Of a DNA stretch of 64,000 nucleotides, positions 12,501 through 23,500 are shown one piece after another. Position numbers and translations under genes: made by a program. The notes below the pieces were generated by a model. The model searched no databases. It had not been told where the DNA came from and was given only the letters and a program-made list of their open reading frames with translations. Source of the stretch: Macrostomum lignano (lineage: Eukaryota); NCBI GenBank assembly GCA_002269645.1, contig NIVC01000189.1, positions 62,001 through 126,000 on the forward strand, given 5' to 3'. Positions within the stretch are counted from its first letter, which is position 1. Each line of letters starts with the position of its first letter.

Positions 12501-14503
12501 GGATCAGAGAGTGTCACAGGTTAGATAATTACAGATTGTTACCTGTTGGATCAGAGAGTGTCACAGGTTAGATAATTACAGATTGTTACCTGTTGGTTCA
12601 GAGTGTCACAGGTTAGATAATTACAGATTGTTACCTGTTGGATCAGAGAGTGTCACAGGTTAGATAATTGCAGATTGTTACCTGTTGGATCAGAGAGTGT
12701 CACAGGTTAGTTAATTACAGATTGTTACCTGTTGGATCAGAGAGTGTCACAGGTTAGATAATTGCAGATTGTTGCCTGTTGGATCAGAGAGTGTCACAGG
12801 TTAGATAATTACAGATTGTTACCTGTTGGATCAGAGAGTGTCACAGGCTAGATAATTACAGATTGTTACCTGTTGGATTAGAGAGTGTCACAGGTTAGAT
12901 AATTACAGATTGTTACCTGTTGGATCAGAGAGTGTCACAGGTTAGATAATTACAGATTGTTACCTGTTGGATTAGAGAGTGTCACAGGTTAGATAATTAC
13001 AGATTGTTACCTGTTGGATCAGAGAGTGTCACAGTTAGATAATTGCAGATTGTTACCTGTTGGATCAGAGAGTGTCACAGGTTAGATAATTACAGATTGT
13101 TACCTGTTGGATCAGAGAGTGTCACAGGTTAGATAATTACAGATTGTTACCTGTTGGATCAGAGAGTGTCACAGGTTAGATAATTGCAGATTGTTACCTG
13201 TTGGATCAGAGAGTGTCACAGGTTAGATAATTACAGATTGTTACCTGTTGGATCAGAGAGTGTCACAGGTTAGATAATTACAGATTGTTACCTGTTGGAT
13301 CAGAGAGAGTCACAGGTTAGATAATTACAGATTGTTACCTGTTGGATCAGAGAGAGTCACAGGTTAGATAATTACAGATTGTTACCTGTTGGATTAGAGA
13401 GTGTCACAGGTTAGATAATTACAGATTGTTACCTGTTGGATCAGAGAGTGTCACCGGTTAAATAATATTGTTACTGTTGGATTAGAGAGAGTGACTTGTT
13501 AAATCCTGGTAGATAATATCTGTAAAATAACCTTCAATCCACACAAAAGTTCTGCAAACATTTTAATTTCCTCAACTCTAAATTCAGCTTCTTATCAGCT
13601 CAAAAAATCTGCTCAAGTCATCTCAGGTACAAACGTAATCTACCCACGCCATACGGGCATATACAAGTCATGTATAATTTTGCGAATAACCTATTACTTG
13701 TGCCATTCAGTACTCTATTGATATATAGAATAGGTGTTCATTATATGCGTAGTATGTTTCATGATATATTACACTCGGTGCTGCATTGATGTCGTTCTAT
13801 CTATGGATGATGGACTAATCTGATCGTTATATTCCGGCTTGAGTCCCGCATATCTTATTTTTTGTATAATATTTTGTTAATTTCTTTAACAACAAAACTT
13901 GCATCACTTCAAAACCTCAGGCTGAAAATGAGTTTCTCAATATTGAGAAGCGTCACAACGAGTTGCTGCAGGTGAAATTATTGAGAAAAATAATTGAGTT
14001 TCTCTCATTTTTGTTTTAAATTGAGGTTTTGGATTTTTCCGGCTTTTTATGTGCCACATTTTAACAAAATAAAGCTTGAATTAATACTTGAAATGCCTAA
14101 AACTCAAAATTCAAGGCTGCCAACGAGAGATTCGCCAAAGAGAACAAGAAACTCGAAGAGGAACTCGAAGAGACTCGAAAGCGACTTAACGAGGCCGAGG
14201 CGGAATTAGAATTCAAAACGAACGAATGCAGCAGTCTCAAGGTAGGTGCTAATACGTAAATAAACACAAAAATTATAGTCCGTTTTGGAAGTGAATCTTA
14301 TTAAAGGGTATATTTAGTCAAATATCGATCCGTACGAAATTATTTTTATACACGAAATACACAGCATTACTAAAACTAAGATTAACGCGTATTATTACAT
14401 TATTGGTTTGTTGACTACTCAAGTAGTACTCAAAGTAGTTCTCATATACTAGTCAAATATTACTTAGAGTAACTTAAATTAGGGCTCAAATAGTATTCAA
14501 ATC

Positions 14504-14570
<67 letters not shown>

Positions 14571-17500
14571 AAGTAAGTCAATAAGTAAGTAAGCTAGTAA
14601 GTATGTAAAGTGAAGTAGTACTCAAAGTAGTACTGAAATAGTACTAAAGTAGTGCCTAAGTATTTTCTAGAATCATCTTGTTATCTTATTCGACGTTTTA
14701 TTCAATATTCAGAAATTGTCCTAAAGTTATAGTTATTATATAGAAACACATAATAAGAATTGAAACTCCAGGGAAATATCTTGCCTGCTTCTCAAGACGA
14801 TTGAAAAAGCGATAGGATTGTCAAATCAGTCTACTTGAGTAGTCTACGAGTATATTTCATTCTCTTATTAAATAATCATTTCCTGCTCTTTGGTTGTTTG
14901 AAAACGCATATATTAACACGCCACTATAATCTGATCTACGATTAATCCAATATTTTATGTCCGTATTATGCTACTCAAAGTAACACCCGAAGAATTTCTC
15001 TCGATCTGCCAGGAAAATCACGACAAATTGACCGATGCGGTTAGCAAGGGCCAGCAGAATTTGGAGAAGGAGATGGTCTATTGCGACATCAAGCAGAAAG
15101 AGATTGACGAGTTCAAGGTGCCATTGAAAAGGATTTCCTCGCATTTCTTGAAGTCAAGCCAGGAAAAAAAACAAAGAAATCAAATTTCAAAACTTGGCAT
15201 ATAGTTACTGAAATTTTCTGTCTGTATGTTTTAGAAAAATGTTGGCAAGCTGACCGCCGAGAGAGACAAAAACAAAGAGCTGCTGGAGCGAGTGCGCACC
15301 GACCTCGAGGATAAGACCAACGAACTGGATGAAGTCCAAGTAATTTCCAGTTTAAACAGAACTAAAATTATGCTTTAAGAAAAGTATATCAAGTAAAAAC
15401 GAGTTTTAGTTAGTCGTACGTTCGTAGAGTTAAATATGGGCACTCATATCTCATGGTGGGCTCCCTTGTTTCTTGGTGGGCGCCCTTGTTTCTTGGTGGG
15501 CGCCCTTGTTTCTTGGTGGCTCCCTTGTTTCTTGGTGGGCGCCCTTGTTTCTTGGTGGCTCCCTTGTTTCTTGGTGGGCGCCCTTGTTTCTTGGTGGGCT
15601 CCCTTGTTTCTTGGTGGGCTCCCTTGTTTCTTGGTGAGCGCCCTTGTTTCTTGGTGAGCGCCCCTGTCTCTTAGTGGGCGTCCCTGTCTCTTGGTGGGCG
15701 CCCCTGTCTCTTGGTGGGCTCCCTTGTTTCTTGGTGGGCTCCCTTGTTTCTTGGTGGGCTCCCTTGTTTCTTGGTGGGCGCCCTTGTTTCTTGGTGGGCG
15801 CCCTTGTTTCTTGGTGGCTCCCTTGTTTCTTGGTGGGCGCCCTTGTTTCTTGGTGGGCTCCCTTGTTTCTTGGTGGGCGCCCTTGTTTCTTGGTGGGCTC
15901 CCTTGTTTCTTGGTGGGCTCCCTTGTTTCTTGGTGAGCGCCCTTGTTTCTTGGTGAGCGCCCCTGTCTCTTGATGGGCGCCCCTGTCTCTTAGTGGGCGT
16001 CCCTGTCTCTTGGTGGGCGCCCCTGTCTCTTGGTGGGCTCCCTTGTTTCTTGGTGGGCTCCCTTGTTTCTTGGTGGGCTCCCTTGTTTCTTGGTGGGCTC
16101 CCTTGTTTCTTGGTGGGCTCCCTTGTTTCTTGGTGGGCTCCCTTGTTTCTTGGTGGGCTCCCTTGTTTCTTGGTGGGCTCCCTTGTTTCTTGGTGGGCTC
16201 CCTTGTTTCTTGGTGGGCTCCCTTGTTTCTTGGTGGGCTCCCTTGTTTCTTGGTGGGCTCCCTTGTTTCTTGGTGAGCGCCCCTGTCTCTTGGTAGGTGC
16301 CCTTGTCTTTTGGTGGGCGCCCCTGTCTCTTGGTGGGCGACCCTGTCTTTTGGTGGGCGCCCCTGTCTCTTGGTGGGCGTCCCTGTCTCTTGGTGGGCGC
16401 CCCTGTCTCTTAGTGGGCGCCCCTGTCTCTTAGTGAGCGCCCCTGTCTCTTGGTTGGCGCCCTTACCAATGCTGGTCATCTACAATTGTTTCTACATTGT
16501 GGATGCCTAATCAAAGAAGTAGCAAAAGTTGAGCTCGCATCAATAGTCGAGCTTAGTAGCTTCTTTAATTCAATCCTTGTGGGGGCGATTGTGGGAGGGC
16601 CAAGATCCCCTGTGCCTACGCCACTGAAGACTAGCACTATATCCTAGCTTCAATAGCTGTGAACTATGTCTGACGAGACCATAACAAATATTTTCACTAT
16701 CATTATCTTAGAAAAAACTGGACCAACTAAAAACTGACAAAGACCAGTTGGAAAAGAATCACAAAGACTTGGAATTGAAACTTGAAGCCGAGCACAAAGA
16801 GAAAGAGTCGCTGACAGAGGCCAACAACACCATGACGTCGGCGCTGGACCAGAGCAACAAAAGCTTGGAAGAGAAGGATGCCGAGCTTGAACGAAAAGAT
16901 GAACAGTTGAATGAAGCAAAAGTAAGATTCTGTTTTTTGTTAAAAGCTTGTTCCACATGACGTCATCAACAATCGAAACCACAGCTCGGAGAGGAAAATC
17001 TTCAAACTAACAGGAGGAAGCTTCGAAGTACAAGCAAGAGAATGAGGAACTGGAAAGAAAGGCGATCACTGCCGAGAAAGAGGTTGAAAAGAAGGACGAC
17101 GAACTGAAGAGTTTGCAGGTTGTAAAATTCCTCAACTTCCTCGCTGCTTAATTTCTTGTTTTTGTTTTTCCTTTTGTTAACTCCGAAGGTCGCCGCCGTT
17201 GGTTCGTCGGAGGGAGTTGGAATGGAGTTTTCTTCAGCCAACAATCAAACTTCGAAGAATGATTATTAATGAGACAAACGTTTTCCACTCTTCTAGACAA
17301 CCGTGGCAGATCTGGAAAGAGACAAGGAAGACCTGACTAAGCAGGTGCAAGAGTTGGATGAGTCGTTGAAAAACAAAGATCAGGAAATGAACACCTACAA
17401 GGTGCGGTTATTTCGTTCGTCGAATTCCTCCAATCGGATTTTTCTTAATCGGGATTTTCATCGGATTTAATTGTGGGAGACAGTATTTTCGTGTCTGTTC

Positions 17501-20500
17501 ATCCAATTTTCAGAAAGCACGATCGTCTTTTTCCTCCGTTTTTTTATTTTCAAAAACTTTTTGTTTTACTTGATCAATTTTTTGACGGCTTTACCCGGAT
17601 GTCATGCTTTGATTTGCGTTGGTGATTCGGATACTTATTTTCAATTTCGACAATTGCTAACTGGTGGAGCAGACTGGCTTTGGTAAAGAAACACCTGCTT
17701 GAACTCCACCGGCAGAGCAACAACGAGAAACTCTCGGCCAGCGTGGAGCAACAGGGCAAAAGCTTGGAGAAGAAATCGGCCGAAGTTGAAGCCAAGCAGC
17801 GCGAGATCGAGTCGCTCAAAGCCGAGAAGACCAAGCTCAACCAGGATCGCCGCGAGGAGGAGGCCCGACTCCAGGAGAAGGTCAAGGAGCAGTACAAGGA
17901 GACTCTGGACGCTAAGCGGGAACGCGACGATTTGAATCGAACCAAAGCTTCGCTTGAGAAGCAAATCGAAAAACAAAAACAGAAAATTGAGTCCTTGCAG
18001 AAGGACATTGGTCAGCTGAAGGTGAGACGCTGCAGTCAAACAAGGCTAAGGCAATATAATGAGAAAAAGAGATTATCTTGAACTAAAATAAATTCATGTT
18101 TAATTCTCCACCTGCATAGGAGAACACCGAAAATTTGACTTCATCATTGGAGACTGCGGAAAAGACGCAGGAAGACACGAACAATCATTGCAAAGAGCTG
18201 GAAGAGGAGCTCAATAAACTCAAGGTCTGAATTGAGCAATAAAACTCGTAGCAATTAGGACTTTTATCTCAATGGTGGCCTGTTGTGCCTTTTGGTAATG
18301 GATTTGAAGCTTTCCTATAGTTTTATAGGGTTTTTGGCACCTGTTGACTTCACTCCAAATCCTGCTACTCATTTTATTCATTTTATTCCTACGGTAAATT
18401 CCGCATACGAGATAACAGAATTACTTGTGTACTCTGCTTACCGAAGGAAAAAGTCTGTAAATTTTATCGATTCGAGCACTTTGCTCACAGACAAACTAAT
18501 CCTAATTTTTCAACTCTCAGGATGAGAAAAACCGACTGGAGAACGAGCGAGAGGAGCTCAGCCGCAAACTGGCCGACACAGAGGCCGACAAAGACCGGCT
18601 CCAGCAGGAAAGCGAGCAATTGAAGAAGTCAACAGAAGCGGCCGAGAAAGACAAAGAAGCATTGCAAAGAGAGTTCGACGATTATCGAAAAGAAGCCGAG
18701 GCGGCTTCCGATGAGCTCAAAAAGTCCAACGAGTCCGTGACAAAGAGTTTGGACAAGGCGATGAAGAATCTGGAGACTAGGAATCAAGAGTTTCAGGTGA
18801 GTTGCATAAATTACACTTGGACTCAGAGCATTCCTCCTGTGTCCAAAACTGGGACGCTTAAATACGAGCTAGGTAGACCAAGATTCTCAATTCTCTTCAA
18901 AGTGTGAATGCCAGAGAATGCAGTAAATATTTGCAGATTCACATGCCCGACCTCCTCTCGCTGAGTAGAGTAGCTGATATGCGCGTTTGGCACACCTCTT
19001 GCCTGAAAATTATATTTGTCTTTTTAGCATAAGACCAATATTTGCACTAACTATCTGAGAAGTTTATTTCCACCTTAAATACGACTGACTTAGGCCCTAC
19101 TTAACGCGTATGCAAGGCAGGCAGACTTCAGCAGAGAAAGATTAAGCTCACTTTCTCTTTCTATAGAAGTTGGAATACAAGCTACTTTATCAGATCAGAA
19201 GGTAGACAGTGTTAAAGCTGTTCGGAGTCTTATTCCATCGTTTGCTTATTCTCAGCTTTGCTTTCTCGGACTTTAAGGCCGGACGTCTCTTCATTTCCCC
19301 TGCTTTCTGTTTCTCACCCAAACTTCCTCTCTCCCTCAACCCCCTCTATCCCTCGATCCCCTCTCCTTCAACCCCCTCTGCCTCAACCCCCTCTCTTCCC
19401 CAACCCCCTCTCTTCCTCAACCACTTCTCTAACTCAACCCCCTCCTTCCCTCAACCCCCTCTCTCCCTCAACCCCCTCCTTCCCTCAACCCCCTCTCTCT
19501 CTCAACCCCCTCCTTCCCTCAACCCCCTCCTTCCCTCAACCCCCTCTTTCCCTCAACCCCCTCCTTCCCTCAACCCCCTCTCTCCCTCAACCCCCTCTCT
19601 CCCTCAACCCCCTCCTTCCCTCAACCCCCTCTCTCCCTCAACCCCCTCCTTCCCTCAACCCCCTCTCTCCCTCAACCCCCTCCTTCCCTCAACCCCCTCT
19701 CTCCCTCAACCCCTTTTCCTACACGCCCCTTTCCCTCAACCCCTCTCCCTCAACCGCCTCTATCCCTCTCCCTCTCTCTCCCCTCCCCCTCCCTGCTCGC
19801 CCTTCTACCTCCCCCTCCCTCTCTCTCGCTCCCTCAATCCTCTTTCTCCCTCAACCCCTCTCCCTCAGCTATCGTTCGTTCACCCACTCCAAGCTAACTA
19901 CGAGTAACTTCCCCCGTTCTTCCTTCCCCGCAGGCCAAAGCCCGTGAGGCGCAGTCCAGCAGAGAGGCCAAAGAAGCCCTGGCCCTGGAGAAGGACCGCC
20001 TCGATCACTCGCTTCGCAAAGCCAACACTGAATTGGAGAAACGAACTCAGGACCTAGCCAGAGCAAAATCGGACAAGGAACGAATCGAGGCCGCCCAGTA
20101 CGAATCTGAACGTCGAGCCAAGGACGCCGAGCACAGACTGGCGGAGCGAACTCGTGACCTTGCAGATCAGCGCTCGAAATGTGAGCAGCTGCAGGCTGAG
20201 AAAGCCGAATTGGAGGCCGGAGCTCGGGAACAGCGGGCTCGAACTCAGGAGCTGCAGAACGAAGTGTCATCGCTTAAACGAGACCGAGACAGACTGCAGC
20301 GAGAGCTTGAGGACACAAGACGTTCAGCTGACGGACTGGAGACTAAGAAGATGGACATTGAAAAGGAGCTGGATTCGGAGAAGGTAGGTTTACCTTGTCA
20401 GGAAGGTAGGTTTACCTTGTCAGGAATGTAGTTTTACCCTTTACCCTGTCAGGAATGTAGGTAGGTTTACCCTGTCAGGAATGTAGGTTCACCCTGTCAG

Positions 20501-23500
20501 GAATGTAGGTTTACCCTGTCAGGAATGTAGGTTTACCCTGTCAGGAATGTAGGTTCATCCTGTCAGGAATGTAGGTTTACCCTGTCAGGAATGTAGGTTC
20601 ATCCTGCCAGGAATGTAGGTTTACCCTGTCAGGAATGTAGGTTCATCCTGTCAGGAATGTAGGTTTACCCTGTCAGGAATGTAGGTTTACCCTGTCAGGA
20701 ATGTAGGTTTACCCTGTCAGGAATGTAGGTTTACCCTGTCAGGAATGTAGGTTCATCCTGTCAGGAATGTAGGTTTACCCTGTCAGGAATGTAGGTTCAT
20801 CCTGTCAGGAATGTAGGTTTACCCTGTCAGGAATGTAGGTTTACCCTGTCAGGAATGTAGGTTCACCCTGTCAGGAATGTAGGTTTACCCTGTCAGGAAT
20901 GTAGGTTTACCCTGTCAGGAATGTAGGTTCATCCTGTCAGGGATGTAGGTTTACCCTGTCAGGAATGTAGGTTCATCCTGTCAGGAATGTAGGTTTACCC
21001 TGTCAGGAATGTAGGTTTACCCTGTCAGGAATGTAGGTTCACCCTGTCAGGAATGTAGGTTCATCCTGTCAGGAATGTAGGTTTACCCTTTACCCTGTCA
21101 GGAATGTAGGTAGGTTTATCCTGTCAGGAATGTAGGTTCATCCTGTCAGGAATGTAGGTTTACCCTGTCAGGAATGTAGGTTTACCCTTTACCCTGTCAG
21201 GAATGTAGGTAGGTTTACCCTGTCAGGAATGTAGGTTTACCCTGTCAGGAATGTAGGTTTACCCTGTCAGGAATGTAGGTTTACCTTGTCAGGAATGTAG
21301 GTTTACCCTGTCAGGAATGTAGGTTTACCCTGTCAGGAATGTAGGTTTACCTTGTCAGGAATGTAGGTTCATCCTGCCAGGAATGTAGGTTTACCCTGTC
21401 AGGAATGTAGGTTCATCCTGTCAGGAATGTAGGTTTACCCTGTCAGGAATGTAGGTTTACCTTGTCAGGAATGTAGGTTTACCCTGTCAGGAATGTACGT
21501 TGTGTGGGGTTGACGTCAGAAATATAGGATACATTCTGTCACTTACTTTACGTTAGTACGTATTTTTAAACAGAAAAACTCCGGAAAATTGCGTCGCGAC
21601 GCGGAGAGTCTGCAGGACCGAATCCGAGAGCTGGAGGCCCGCTTGGACGGCAAAGACCGGGAGATCGCCGACGCCAAGGTAACGGGAAAAACCGGCCCAA
21701 TGCCAATGCAAATTACAGGGAGACTACTAGCGGTCATAAAGCACGTCAGGATTTCAAGAATGGGTAGTACGGACAATCAATTGAGCCTTAAAATTGTAAC
21801 GTCGAAAATTGAACTGCAACTTCATTTCCAGTTACTGTTGTTTTTTGACAAGTCATAAAATATCTTGACAGAGACGTCCCTGATATATTGATAAAGAAAC
21901 CTAGTTTTAGTGGCGTCACTAAAATCAATGACGCAGCCTAGTTTTAATGACGTCACTAGAATAGATGACGTCGCCTAGTTTTAGTGACGTCACTAATATC
22001 GATGCGACGCAATCTAATGTCAGTGACGTCACTAATATTGATGCCGAAACTTAGTTTCAGTGACGTCACTAGTATCAATGACGAAACCTATGTTCAGTGA
22101 CGTCACTAGTATCAATGACGAAACCTAGTTTCACTGATGTCACTAGTATCAATGACGAAACCTAGTTTCAGTGACGTACCTGGATCGATGACGCAACCTA
22201 GTGTCAGGGACGTCTTTAATGTCATATGAAAACTTTGTCAAAAAGCGTAAAGATAGCAATGACGTCATTCATTTGCCACGTCACAATCGATAACTCAATC
22301 GGAGCCTACATCGCCTACTATCTATTTTCCCTATCTCAAAGGCCGCCCAAGAAGAGGCCCAGAGGGAGCGCAAGAAAATGCAGCGCGATTTGGACGATCA
22401 ACAGAAATCGGCCGAGTCGTTGAAGAACACCAACGAACGGCTGGAAGAGGAGCTGCAAGAGGTCAGCAACAAGTTGGACCGGGAGATCGGCAAGTCGGAC
22501 GGTTCTGGTGGAGATCTTACCGATCAGCTCAAGGTATTCGAGATAGAGTTTTGCGGCCTTAGCAGTGGGACTTTAACTGAGGAATGTAGGGCTGTCTTAA
22601 CTGAGGAATGTAGGGCTGTCTTAACTGAGGAATGTAGGGCTGTCTTAACTGAGGAATGTAGGGCTGTCTTAACTGAGGAATGTAGGGCTGTCTTAACTGA
22701 GGAATGTAGGGCTGTCTTAACTGAGGAATGTAGGGCTGACTTAACTCAGGAATGTAGGGCTGTCTTAACTGAGGAATGTAGGGCTGACTTAACTGAGGAA
22801 TGTAGGGCTGTCTTAACTGAGGAATGTAGGGCTGACTTAACTGAGGAATGTAGGGCTGACTTAACTCAGGAATGTAGGGCTGACTTAACTGAGGAATGTA
22901 GGGCTGACTTAACTGAGGAATGTAGGGCTGACTTAACTGAGGAATGTAGGGCTGACTTAACTGAGGAATGTAGGGCTGACTTAACTGAGGAATGTAGGGC
23001 TGACTTAACTCAGGAATGTAGGGCTGACTTAACTGAGGAATGTAGGGCTGACTTAACTGAGGAATGTAGGGCTGACTTAACTGAGGAATGTAGGGCTGAC
23101 TTAACTGAGGAATGTAGGGCTGACTTAACTGAGGAATGTAGGGCTGACTTAACTCAGGAATGTAGGGCTGACTTAACTGAGGAATGTAGGGCTGACTTAA
23201 CTGAGGAATGTAGGGCTGACTTAACTGAGGAATGTAGGGCTGACTTAACTGAGGAATGTAGGGCTGACTTAACTGAGGAATGTAGGGCTGTCTTTACTGA
23301 GGAATGTAGGGCTGTCTTAACTGAGGAATGTAGGGCTGTCTTAACTGAGGAATGTAGGGCTGTCTTAACTGAGGAATGTAGGGCTGACTTAACTGAGGAA
23401 TGTAGGGCTGTCTTGACTGAGGAATGTAGGGCTGTCTTAACCATGAGGAATGTAGGGCTGTCTCAACTGAGGAATGTAGGACTGTCTTAACTGATGAATG

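Noticed and set aside
8187-13518. CAG|GTTAG in each 47-bp unit as recursive splice sites
   Set aside because: No polypyrimidine tract, and +3 T makes a weak donor.
15436-16510. Many overlapping ORFs (HQETREPTKKQG / WWAPLFLGG)
   Set aside because: Translations of a 20-bp intronic minisatellite, open in several frames on both strands.
21899-22215. CRISPR-like appearance (~37-bp palindromic repeats)
   Set aside because: No unique spacers, no cas genes, eukaryotic intron.
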